From Gallionellaceae bacterium (GTDB lineage Bacteria > Pseudomonadota > Gammaproteobacteria > Burkholderiales > Gallionellaceae): a DNA stretch of 50,552 nucleotides. A program made the position numbers and the translations under genes. The stretch is taken from the NCBI GenBank assembly GCA_041490205.1, contig JBGPSQ010000001.1:1-50552 (forward strand). Direction: 5' to 3'. Of the stretch, positions 9,505-17,975 are shown piece by piece (the first letter of the stretch is position 1; each line of letters opens with the position of its first letter). A model generated the notes under the pieces. It was not told where the DNA came from. It worked only from the letters and a program-made list of their open reading frames with translations, and searched no databases.

Positions 9505-9695
9505 GGTGGCTGCCTTCTTCAAAAATGTCCGAGGTAATTTTAGCACTCTGTCGGTTTGAGTGCTAGAACGGGGAAAGGTTGCCTGGGGTAATGCATTGTA
9601 AGTTCGCCCATATTAGCCTGGGTGGATATAAAACCATTTATATACATATGGTTGCTATTTCGTGCTTCCGGCAGGTTCATCTGGCCGGACAGTGG

Positions 9696-10418
9696 TCAGG
9701 CCTGGTCGAGCAGGCGGCGGAACTCATTCCTGACCACTTGATAGCACTCGCAGGCATGCGCTTCCAGCCCGGCACGATCCAGGACGGTGATATGGCCCCG
9801 GTGGTAGGTGATCAGGCCCGCACGCTGCAAGTTTCCGGCCGTTTCCGTGATGCCCTCGCGCCGCACGCCGAGCATGCCGGCAATCGCTTCCTGGGTCATG
9901 ACCAGTTCTTGCGAGGGCAGCCGGTCCAGGGTCAGCAGCAACCAGCGGCACATTTGCTGTTCCATCGAATGGTGCCGGTTGCAAACCGCGGTTTGGGACA
10001 CCTGGGTGAGCAATGCCTGGGCATAGCGCAGCAACAAGCGCATCATCGGCCCCGCCAGGTTGAATTCCTCAACCAGCCACTGCGCTTTCAGCCTGTAGCC
10101 ATGGCCTCCGATGCAAACGATGGCGCGGCTGGGAGAGGTATCGCCACCCAGCACCAACGGAATGCCGATCATGCCTTCATTGCCAACGCCCGCGATTTCA
10201 GCCGACGCGCCATTTTCCAGCAAATAGTGCAGGGATACGATGGCGGTCGCCGGGAACCAGGCATGGCGCAAGCGGCCGCCGGATTCACAAATGACTTCGC
10301 CGAGCGGCATGGAGACAGGTTCCAGGTGAGGCGCGAGACGATCGTATACTTCCGCGGGCAATGCGGACAGCAGGCGATTTTGCCTGGGGCTATGCTGTGC
10401 TGGGATCGTAGCGGCCAT
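9696..10418 (-). CDS. Crp/Fnr-family transcriptional regulator (cNMP-binding domain plus C-terminal HTH)
   Basis: ..NRLLSALPAEVYDRLAPHLEPVSMPLGEVI.. is a beta-barrel effector domain. ..LVMTQEAIAGMLGVRREGITETAGNLQRAGLI.. is the HTH. There is no FNR-type N-terminal Cys cluster. SD GGAGA lies 4 nt upstream of ATG 10418. Confidence 0.85.
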   Translation of the reverse strand: MAATIPAQHSPRQNRLLSALPAEVYDRLAPHLEPVSMPLGEVICESGGRLRHAWFPATAIVSLHYLLENGASAEIAGVGNEGMIGIPLVLGGDTSPSRAIVCIGGHGYRLKAQWLVEEFNLAGPMMRLLLRYAQALLTQVSQTAVCNRHHSMEQQMCRWLLLTLDRLPSQELVMTQEAIAGMLGVRREGITETAGNLQRAGLITYHRGHITVLDRAGLEAHACECYQVVRNEFRRLLDQA

Positions 10419-10573
10419 GTTCTCTCCGAAGATCGCGGCCATTTCACCATTGCAGGACAATTATATGCCCAATAATTATTATGGTTTGTGGCAAATACGA
10501 CTCGTGATAATCTTTGCCCGGTTGCAGGTGCAGTCTGGAATTTTTGTGAACTCAACAAGAAGGGAGATACCCC

Positions 10574-12247
10574 ATGACCGATACGGCCAAACATGTAATG
10601 ACCAAGGAACAGCGGAAAGTCATTTTTGCTTCTTCGCTGGGTACAGTTTTCGAGTGGTACGACTTTTACCTTTACGGTTCGCTTGCAGCCATCATCGGCA
10701 AGCAATTCTTTTCCGGAGTGAATGAAACCACGGCATTCATTTTTGCGCTGATGGCGTTTGCGGCTGGCTTCGCGGTGCGTCCGTTCGGGGCGCTGGTATT
10801 CGGACGTCTCGGCGACCTGGTCGGCCGGAAATATACGTTCCTGATCACCATCACCATCATGGGTCTTTCGACGTTCATTGTCGGGCTGCTGCCCAGCTAT
10901 GCGAGCATCGGCATCGCGGCTCCCATCGTGCTGGTTTGCCTGCGCCTGCTGCAAGGCCTGGCGCTCGGCGGCGAATATGGCGGTGCGGCCACCTATGTGG
11001 CGGAACATGCGCCCCACAACAAACGCGGCGCTTTCACCGCGTGGATACAGACGACCGCGACCCTGGGCTTGTTCCTTTCGCTGATCGTGATCCTGCTTTG
11101 CCGCACTTTTACCGGCGGGGATTTCGATACCTGGGGGTGGCGCATCCCGTTCCTGGTCTCCATCATATTGCTGGGCGTATCGATGTGGATACGGCTGTCG
11201 CTCAATGAATCGCCGGCCTTCGTGAAAATGAAATCGGAAGGCAAGCTTTCCAAGGCGCCGATCACCGAGTCGTTCGGCCAGTGGCGCAACCTGCGTTTCG
11301 TGTTGCTTGCCCTGTTCGGCCTGGTAGTAGGCGAAGCGGTGGTCTGGTACACCGGGCAGTTCTATGCCCTGTTCTTCCTCACCCAGGTAATCAAGGTGGA
11401 TGCGATAAATGCCAACCTGCTGATTGCGGGATCGCTGCTGATTGCGACCCCGTTCTTCGTGATATTCGGCTCGCTGTCGGACAAGATAGGCCGCAAGCCG
11501 GTGATCATGGCCGGATGCCTGCTTGCCGCGTTGACCTATTTCCCGATCTTCAACGGGCTGATGCACTTCGCCAACCCCGCGCTCGAAACGGCACGGGAGA
11601 AATCGCCGGTCACGGTGGTTGCGGATCCCAATACTTGCACCTTTCAGTTTGACCCTGTGGGCAAGGCCAAATTCCTGAGTTCATGCGACATCGCCAAAAG
11701 CGCGCTGGTCAAGTCCAGCGTTTCCTACCAGAATGAAGCTGCACCTGCCGGTACCGTCGCCTTGGTGAAAATCGGCGACAAGACCGTCGCCAGCTTCGAG
11801 GGCAATGGCTTGGCGGCGGATGATTTCAAGGCGAAGAGCAAGGAGTTTTCCGATGGATTGTCGGCAGCCATCAAGGAAGCGGGCTACCCGGCGAAAGCCG
11901 ACCCCAACCAGGTAAATAACCCCATGGTCTTGCTGTTGCTGACCATCCTGGTGATCTACGTGACCATGGTGTACGGCCCCATCGCAGCGGCGCTGGTCGA
12001 GTTTTTCCCCACACGCATACGCTACACCTCCATGTCCCTGCCTTACCACATCGGCAACGGCTGGTTCGGGGGTTTCCTGCCAACGGTTGCATTTGCGCTG
12101 GTGGCGTGGAAGGGCGACATCTTCTATGGCTTGTGGTACCCGGTCATCTTTGCGCTGTTGACTTTCGTGATAGGTGTATTGCTGGTCAAGGAAACCGCGC
12201 ATGTGGACATTCACTCTGAGTCAGTGGGATTCGACGAGGTTCTCTAA
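10574..12247 (+). CDS. MFS transporter, metabolite:H+ symporter (MHS) type, with an inserted soluble domain of about 120 aa
   Basis: MHS signatures are present (FEWYDFYLYG, GRLGDLVGRK, LQGLALGGEYGGA). There are 12 predicted TM segments, with an extra hydrophilic segment (residues about 331-449) between TM9 and TM10. Confidence 0.88.
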   Translation: MTDTAKHVMTKEQRKVIFASSLGTVFEWYDFYLYGSLAAIIGKQFFSGVNETTAFIFALMAFAAGFAVRPFGALVFGRLGDLVGRKYTFLITITIMGLSTFIVGLLPSYASIGIAAPIVLVCLRLLQGLALGGEYGGAATYVAEHAPHNKRGAFTAWIQTTATLGLFLSLIVILLCRTFTGGDFDTWGWRIPFLVSIILLGVSMWIRLSLNESPAFVKMKSEGKLSKAPITESFGQWRNLRFVLLALFGLVVGEAVVWYTGQFYALFFLTQVIKVDAINANLLIAGSLLIATPFFVIFGSLSDKIGRKPVIMAGCLLAALTYFPIFNGLMHFANPALETAREKSPVTVVADPNTCTFQFDPVGKAKFLSSCDIAKSALVKSSVSYQNEAAPAGTVALVKIGDKTVASFEGNGLAADDFKAKSKEFSDGLSAAIKEAGYPAKADPNQVNNPMVLLLLTILVIYVTMVYGPIAAALVEFFPTRIRYTSMSLPYHIGNGWFGGFLPTVAFALVAWKGDIFYGLWYPVIFALLTFVIGVLLVKETAHVDIHSESVGFDEVL

Positions 12248-12312
12248 CTTATTAGCTGTCTTCAGGAGAAATTACCTGCGGGGGCAATTCCATGCAGGCA
12301 AAAACTGAACCC

Positions 12313-12338
12313 AGGCCCGCAAGATGCGGGCCTTTTTT
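12313..12338 (+). terminator. Rho-independent terminator after the MFS gene
   Basis: AGGCCCGC (12313-12320) pairs with GCGGGCCT (12326-12333) around a 5-nt loop, followed by a run of T. Confidence 0.7.
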
Positions 12339-12516
12339 CGCGTGAATGCCATCCCGGTCACAAGCTCACTCAGGTTGCTTGCTGGTCAGGTTTGAGGAAA
12401 AGCCCGGGGTAAGCCGACAAGTCCATGTGTCGTTATTGCCGAACGCCACGTTCGAAAGCGGTAGCTGCAACGATGAAGCAAGCCGCTTTCGCGGCGTGGC
12501 GATTTGTGACAATCTA

Positions 12517-12747
12517 TTACAAGCTTACCCGGCTTGCTTCCGGATCAACTTTGCGCACCATTTCCAGCAACTGCATGCCTCGTATCTTATCCGGATCGTA
12601 TTTCACCAGCAACGCATGGGGATGCGGGCGGCGGGCGAATTCAGCGCAATCCACGCCTATGCGTCCCGAGATGCTGCGTTCCAGGCCGGTTCGTGCATCG
12701 TCATCCAGATCCGGATGCACATGGATCAACATATCTGCTGTGTTCAT
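12517..12747 (-). CDS. Small hypothetical protein (76 aa)
   Basis: ORF from the internal ATG (MNTADMLIHVHPDLDDDARTGLERSISGRIGVDCAEF..HALLVKYDPDKIRGMQLLEMVRKV). The alternating pattern suggests a small alpha/beta (ferredoxin-like) domain. I recognise no motif, so coding status is uncertain. Confidence 0.4.
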   Translation of the reverse strand: MNTADMLIHVHPDLDDDARTGLERSISGRIGVDCAEFARRPHPHALLVKYDPDKIRGMQLLEMVRKVDPEASRVSL

Positions 12748-13086
12748 GATATGCACCTCACTATGAGTAAAAGCCCAATGCCGGGAAAAAGAAACACATG
12801 CCACCCAACATAGACTGCCTTATGGTAATTCTCGGGATTTTCAGAAGTTCTTTCTGTTCGCCAGTGCACGGAATTTCGCGCAGGCAATAAGGCTTGAAAT
12901 TGATCGATGGGGTATGGACTGCTGTAGGGTATGTGAGCCATTGCTTATATTCCAGGCGAATACAATTTATTTAATTCCACGACACCAACAATGCTGTAAA
13001 GGTGCTATTCTGGCAAATGGCATAAAGGGCCAAGGGTGGCGGCTGTCCGGATTGGGCGCCGTCAGCGTGCTCAGGAAGGGGGAGCT

Positions 13087-14058
13087 GTGGAGTTGTTGCG
13101 GCAGAACCTTGTGGTGGAATCGGATTTGCAAGGCTTTTCCGGCTTTGTACTGGAGGCGGTCGCCCGGCTGAAGGGCAGCGCGTTCGCCGCCACTCCTGCA
13201 TTGCTGGAGCTGATGCAAAAACTGCGTTCCGCGGGTGCGGCATCGGGCTTCCCCCTGCCAGTCATTCTGTCGCTCGACAGAAGCCGGCTACTGGTCAGTT
13301 GGAGTAGCCAAACCACGCTGGTGGCGGATGTTGTGCACCAGCCCTCGCCAGACGACACGACAGCCCTGCAGCGCTATTTGCAAGACTCGACCTTGGCGAT
13401 CGATCCCGAAGTACTGTTGCAACGCAATGCCGAAATGATGCGTCACTTCGAGCAGGCGCGCACGCGCAGCGAACACGAACTTGCCGCCTTGCATCAGGCA
13501 TTGGAAAGGGGGCGGGCTGAACTGGAAAAAATGTCGCACCAGGCCGAGACCGACCCGCTGACCGGACTGTACAACCGGCGCGCTTTCGATGTCAGGCTGG
13601 AGCAGATGTTCCGTCATGCCATGCGGCAGAAAAGCGCCCCGCTCTCACTGCTGATGCTGGACCTGGACTACTTCAAACAGGTGAACGACGAATTCGGCCA
13701 CCAGTACGGCGACGCGTACCTCAACAAGATGGCTCAGGTGATGCGCGGCATCATCCGCGAGGACGTGGATTTTGCCTTCCGTTTCGGCGGCGATGAATTC
13801 GCCATGGTTTTGTTTGCCGACCACAAACAGGCGAGCGAAAAAGCCGAACAGATGTTGAAGCTGATGGATCGCAAGGTCAGCATCGGCATTACCACCATCA
13901 ACGCCGACACGCCCGACGGATTTGCGCTGGAAGAGTTTTTCCGCCATGCCGACCATGCCCTGTACGAAGCCAAGCATCGCGGGCGGGGGCGCGTCATTGT
14001 GGAGTTGCATCCCGGGAAAGCCGGCAATGTGAAAAGGAAACAGCCGCTCTTCCTATGA
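13087..14058 (+). CDS. Diguanylate cyclase (GGDEF) with an uncharacterised N-terminal domain of about 150 aa and a coiled-coil linker
   Basis: ..DPLTGLYNRRAF..LLMLDLDYFKQVNDEFGHQYGD..FRFGGDEFAMV..ADHALYEAKHRGRGRV gives an intact GGDEF active site. The start is taken at GTG 13087, preceded by GGAAGGGGGAG. The track ORF begins at 13036. Confidence 0.85.
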   Translation: MELLRQNLVVESDLQGFSGFVLEAVARLKGSAFAATPALLELMQKLRSAGAASGFPLPVILSLDRSRLLVSWSSQTTLVADVVHQPSPDDTTALQRYLQDSTLAIDPEVLLQRNAEMMRHFEQARTRSEHELAALHQALERGRAELEKMSHQAETDPLTGLYNRRAFDVRLEQMFRHAMRQKSAPLSLLMLDLDYFKQVNDEFGHQYGDAYLNKMAQVMRGIIREDVDFAFRFGGDEFAMVLFADHKQASEKAEQMLKLMDRKVSIGITTINADTPDGFALEEFFRHADHALYEAKHRGRGRVIVELHPGKAGNVKRKQPLFL

Positions 14059-15101
14059 TTGCCGCGTTTGATAGTTACAAGGACTGCAGGCTGCTGTTCG
14101 ACAGCGCTGCGCGCAACGAAAGCGCGCTTATCCTGCTGCGCGCGAAACTGTCAGTGATCGCGCAACGCCTGGGCATTTCGGAAATAAAAACCGGGAATAT
14201 GCTGCTGGCCGCCTCCGAACTGGTCAGCAACAACATTAAATACGCCGGGGGGCGCGGCATGATCCAGGTGTGGCAGCAGCCGGGGCCGGTGCTCGATCTG
14301 GTTTCGCTCGATTTCGGGCCGGGCATTCCCGATCTGGGCATGGCCGAGATGGATGGTTACTCCACCGCCAATACGCTGGGCAAGGGCATCGGCAGCGTGC
14401 GCCGCCTGAGCGACGAGCTGCATATTTATACGCAATTGCTCAATCCGGGGCAGCAGAAAAAATGGAGCGGGTCGGTTTTTCTTGCGCGCTTCTTTCCGGA
14501 AGGCGGCAAAAGCAGGGAACAAATGCGCGGGTTCAGGATAGGTCTGTATTCGCGCGCGATGTCCGATTCGCGCTACAACGGCGACCGCATCTATTTGCGC
14601 CAGGATGGCAGGAAACTGCGCTGGCTGCACCTGGATGGCTTGGGGCATGGCGAGCTTGCACAGGAGGCGACAGATAGCCTAGCCACACAATTGGGGCACG
14701 GTAATGATCCTGTTGCGATACTGGAGGCGGTGGATTACCAGCTGCAAGGGTCGCGCGGCGCGGTTGCCGTATCCGGGGAAATAGACCTGGGGCAGCAGGC
14801 CATGCAAATTGCCGGGGTGGGGGACATGCATGCCCATATCTGCGGAAAGAACCAGGTTGAGGGTGTACCCTTCGCGCCCGGCGTACTGGGGCGCGAACAC
14901 CGCACGCTGTCCTTGCTCCAGTCCGGGTTCGGCAAGCACGAGTTGGTCATCACCGCCAGCGACGGCATACGCCGCAACTGGGACAGCAGCACATTCACGG
15001 GGCTTTTCAGCAAGCACCCGCAGTTGATTGCCTACACGATGGGGAATATCATGGGCAGGGTGTCGGACGACCAATCGCTTTGCGCCCTGGCGGCGGCATA
15101 A
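14055..15101 (+). CDS. Fusion protein: RsbT/RsbW-like GHKL serine kinase (N-terminal) plus PP2C/SpoIIE-type phosphatase (C-terminal)
   Basis: The N-terminal half has GHKL boxes ELVSNNIKYA (N box), DFGPGI (G1) and GKGIGSVRRL (G2). The C-terminal half has PP2C-like acidic motifs (NGDRIY, LDGLGHG, ITASDGI). The ATG overlaps the GGDEF stop (ATGA). Confidence 0.8.
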   Translation: MIAAFDSYKDCRLLFDSAARNESALILLRAKLSVIAQRLGISEIKTGNMLLAASELVSNNIKYAGGRGMIQVWQQPGPVLDLVSLDFGPGIPDLGMAEMDGYSTANTLGKGIGSVRRLSDELHIYTQLLNPGQQKKWSGSVFLARFFPEGGKSREQMRGFRIGLYSRAMSDSRYNGDRIYLRQDGRKLRWLHLDGLGHGELAQEATDSLATQLGHGNDPVAILEAVDYQLQGSRGAVAVSGEIDLGQQAMQIAGVGDMHAHICGKNQVEGVPFAPGVLGREHRTLSLLQSGFGKHELVITASDGIRRNWDSSTFTGLFSKHPQLIAYTMGNIMGRVSDDQSLCALAAA

Positions 15102-15143
15102 GCAGCACAAGTTTAATAAACAGGGAAATTTAAAGGGGAAACC

Positions 15144-16013
15144 ATGGTGCAGAAAAAAGCGGGAAGCGAAAAACTGACGGCGCTGTTCAACCTGAAAATC
15201 GGTGACATCATCGATGCGCTGGCGGGGCCAGGCAGGAAATTTTTCGGCGGCGACAACCGCATCATGGACGACGACGAAATCAGCGACGCCAGCGGCGATT
15301 TCAAAAACCTCCTGATGGCGCTGCTGGGCTCCAAGGATCCGGTGGACAAGGGGTCCCCTCAATTCCAGGCACTGGCCATGTTTTTTTCCGGGCTGGCGCA
15401 TCGAGTGCTGGTGCGCGGCGGGCATGTGGAAGACGTGGTGCGCTACGCCCAACAACTGCAACAAACTCTGATCGAGGCGCTGGAGCAAGACAGCGGCATC
15501 GAATTCACACAGTCGCGCAGCACCCTGCTGTATTTCAACGGCGTGTTCAACGAACTGATCATGGCCGCGTTCCGCGTGTATCTCGAAGAAAAGGAAAACG
15601 CATTGTTTGCCCAGGAACAGGCGCTGCGTGAAACCTCCACTCCCATCACCGAAATCTGGGACGGCGTACTCACGCTGCCCATCATAGGCGCGCTCGACTC
15701 CAGCCGCACCATGATGGTGATGGAAGCCCTGCTTGGCCGCATTGCCAAGGATCACGCCCGCGCCGTGGTGATGGACCTCACCGGCGTGAAAAACATAGAC
15801 TCCCAAGTGTCGCACCACCTCATCCAGATGGTGCGCGCCATTCAGTTGATGGGCTCCGAGGCGATCATCACCGGCATCCGCCCCGAAATCGCGCGCGCCC
15901 TGATCAGCCTTAACATCGACATGAGGGATGTCACCACCCGCGCCAGCCTCTCCGACGGCCTGAAGGAAGCCTTCCGCCGCATGGGCATCCAGGTCAGCCA
16001 GAGAAACGAATAG
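15144..16013 (+). CDS. RsbR-like stressosome sensor (N-terminal helical sensor domain plus C-terminal STAS)
   Basis: The C-terminal STAS block is ..ITEIWDGVLTLPIIGALDSSRTMMVMEALLGRIAKDHARAVVMDLTGVKNIDSQV..ITGIRPEIARALISLNID.. The N-terminal helical domain of about 170 aa resembles non-haem globin-type RsbR sensors. Confidence 0.8.
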   Translation: MVQKKAGSEKLTALFNLKIGDIIDALAGPGRKFFGGDNRIMDDDEISDASGDFKNLLMALLGSKDPVDKGSPQFQALAMFFSGLAHRVLVRGGHVEDVVRYAQQLQQTLIEALEQDSGIEFTQSRSTLLYFNGVFNELIMAAFRVYLEEKENALFAQEQALRETSTPITEIWDGVLTLPIIGALDSSRTMMVMEALLGRIAKDHARAVVMDLTGVKNIDSQVSHHLIQMVRAIQLMGSEAIITGIRPEIARALISLNIDMRDVTTRASLSDGLKEAFRRMGIQVSQRNE

Positions 16014-16025
16014 GCGCGGTTCCCA

Positions 16026-16385
16026 GTGTCCCTGCAAGGCATCCACCTCACGCGGATCGGCGAAACCGACTTTCTGCTGGAGCCGTTGCGCAGCCTGAAC
16101 ATCAGCGACAGCGCCAGGCTGGTTGAGGGCATCGTCGAGCGGCTGTTGCAGGCGGGCGCCGCAAGGCTTTATTACGACCTGTCCACCCAGGCCATCATAG
16201 ACCCGGTGTATTACAAATGGCTCAACCAGCTGGCGCGCACAGTGGCGGCGGTCAATGTCAAAATGGTTTGCGTCCACATGCAGCCCACTGCCGCATACTC
16301 GCTGGTGCAATTCGAGCGCGAGGCGCCAGTATTTGAGACAGCTCTCGATATTTCGGTTTGGAAGGATGCGTCGCGAGGCAGGTGA
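16026..16385 (+). CDS. RsbS-like single-domain STAS protein
   Basis: 119 aa with a GTG start. The STAS-like pattern (..ARLYYDLSTQAIIDPVYYKWLNQLARTVAAVNVKMVCVHMQPTAAYSLV..) lies directly after the RsbR-like gene. Confidence 0.7.
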   Translation: MSLQGIHLTRIGETDFLLEPLRSLNISDSARLVEGIVERLLQAGAARLYYDLSTQAIIDPVYYKWLNQLARTVAAVNVKMVCVHMQPTAAYSLVQFEREAPVFETALDISVWKDASRGR

Positions 16386-16406
16386 GGGCAGTCGAAGCGG
16401 GCCTGC

Positions 16407-17057
16407 TTACGCCGCGTACCACAGCACCGCGAAGTAATGGGAAGCGGTCCCCCCCATTACGAACAGGTGCCAGATGAAGTGGCCGTATCTCAGGCGCGAA
16501 TCGGTGGTGAAGAAGATCACGCCTATCGTATAGGAGAGTCCTCCGGCGACCAGCCACATCAGGCCGGACGCCGGTAGCAGGGTATAAAGAGGTTTGGCCG
16601 CGATCACAATGAGCCAGCCCATGAGCAGGTAGAGCAGGGTGAAGGCGATGGGATGGGTTACGCCATCGATTAATTTCAGCAACACTCCTGCCGCGGCCAG
16701 TCCCCAGATCAGACCTAACAGCAACCAGCCCCACCCGCCATGCAATATGCCGAGCGTGAACGGCGTGTAGGTTCCTGCGATCAAGATGAAAATCGCCGAG
16801 TGTTCGATGATGCGGAAAATATGCTTGAGCCTTCCGGGGCGCAGTGCGTGGTACAGCGTCGAGGCCGCATAGAGCAGGATCATCGCGGCGGCGAATACGC
16901 TTGCACCGACGATGAATCCGGCATCTCCAAGCTCCACTGCGCGGACGATGAGAAATGGCGCCCCAACCAGCGCTGCGATCAGGGCTGCACCATGGCTAAG
17001 GCTGTTTGCCAACTCTTCGCCGGAGGACTGTTCGCGTGCGGTCATTGCGGAGGCCAT
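16407..17057 (-). CDS. Hemolysin III / PAQR-family membrane protein
   Basis: Seven-TM protein with PAQR motifs (..NSLSHG.., ..STLYHAL.., ..EHSAIFILIAGTYTPF.., ..HLFVMGGTASHYFAV..). The start is ambiguous: TTG 17078, ATG 17057 or ATG 17045. Confidence 0.8.
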   Translation of the reverse strand: MASAMTAREQSSGEELANSLSHGAALIAALVGAPFLIVRAVELGDAGFIVGASVFAAAMILLYAASTLYHALRPGRLKHIFRIIEHSAIFILIAGTYTPFTLGILHGGWGWLLLGLIWGLAAAGVLLKLIDGVTHPIAFTLLYLLMGWLIVIAAKPLYTLLPASGLMWLVAGGLSYTIGVIFFTTDSRLRYGHFIWHLFVMGGTASHYFAVLWYAA

Positions 17058-17078
17058 TTCAATGATATATCCCGGCAA

Positions 17079-17975
17079 TCAGGCAGGCTCGATCTGCCAG
17101 AGATGCTGCGACACCGAAAGCCACGCGCCCAGCCAGCCCAAGTAAGCGGCGAACAGCAGCAAGGAAAGGCTGTCGCCCGCAGTGAGGTAATGCAAGGCAA
17201 GGCTGCTGCCATACAGTTGGGCCAGTCCGGCAAGCTTGGCGTTGAGCAGCGAGAGGCTTCCGGCGATGATGAGCCATGCGGCCGCTCCTGCCGCCAATCC
17301 TTGCACAAAGCCGAAATACAGGAAGGGCCGGCGGATGAAACCATCCGTGGCGCCGATCAGCTTGGAAATCTCGATTTCTTCGCGCCGAGTGAGGATTTGC
17401 AGGCGTATGGTGTTGAAGGTGATGGCGACCAGTGCGATGCTCAGCAGCCCGGCCAGGATCAGCACGCCCAGGCGCACGAATCCGAGCAGCGCGTCCAGCT
17501 TGCGCGCCCAGGCGGCGTCGAGTTGCGCGTGTTCCACCCTGGGCCATTTCTGCAGTTCGTCGCGCAAAGCTTCCAGCGCCCTGGGGTCGGCGCTTTTCGG
17601 GTAGGTGATGTAGGCATCGGGCAGGGGGTTCTGGTTCAGCCCGCCGATCACATCGGCCAGGCCGCTGTTGCGCTTGAGTTGCTCAAGCGCCTGCTCGCGC
17701 GAAACGAATTCGGCGCGGGTGATGCCTGCGTGCTGCTCAAGGCGCTTGCCGATTTGTGCAACCTCTTCCTTGCTGGCGTTGAGCGCGAGGAACAGGCTGA
17801 TTTGCGGCGTGCTGGAAACGCGCGCCGACAAATCCTGCACGTTCTGCAGCAGCACATAAAGCCCCACCGGCAGGCTGATAGCAATGCCCATGATCAGGAT
17901 GTTGAGCGCGCTGGACACCGGCGCGGCAAACAGATGGCGCAGAGTGAGCAGCAGGGTGCGCAGATGTTGCGTCAT
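17079..17975 (-). CDS. ftsX: Cell-division ABC transporter permease FtsX
   Basis: 298 aa with four TM segments and a periplasmic domain. It follows ftsE with an ATGA overlap, in the classic ftsYEX order. Confidence 0.9.
   Translation of the reverse strand: MTQHLRTLLLTLRHLFAAPVSSALNILIMGIAISLPVGLYVLLQNVQDLSARVSSTPQISLFLALNASKEEVAQIGKRLEQHAGITRAEFVSREQALEQLKRNSGLADVIGGLNQNPLPDAYITYPKSADPRALEALRDELQKWPRVEHAQLDAAWARKLDALLGFVRLGVLILAGLLSIALVAITFNTIRLQILTRREEIEISKLIGATDGFIRRPFLYFGFVQGLAAGAAAWLIIAGSLSLLNAKLAGLAQLYGSSLALHYLTAGDSLSLLLFAAYLGWLGAWLSVSQHLWQIEPA

Noticed and set aside
10419-10573. The divergent Crp/Fnr-MFS spacer, scanned for a CRP/FNR-type palindrome. It contains AATAATTATT and TTGCAGG repeats.
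   Set aside because: Only a short AT palindrome and weak partial matches are present, with nothing approaching TGTGA-N6-TCACA or TTGAT-N4-ATCAA. This is not enough to call a site.
12346-12813. A 155-aa plus-strand ORF overlapping the small minus-strand ORF at 12517-12747.
   Set aside because: It starts inside the MFS terminator region, has a Cys/His/Arg-rich odd composition and no SD. The minus-strand small ORF looks more protein-like, although it is itself uncertain.
14679-16310. A 543-aa ORF on the minus strand, antisense to the kinase/PP2C and RsbR-like genes. Similar long antisense or out-of-frame ORFs occur at 10169-11566, 16740-18401, 18600-19664, 21023-22153, 36107-37417 and 41456-43207.
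   Set aside because: These are typical shadow ORFs of high-GC DNA. Their translations are Arg/Gly/Ala/His-rich and low-complexity with no recognisable motifs. Each fully overlaps a gene with strong family signatures on the other strand or frame.
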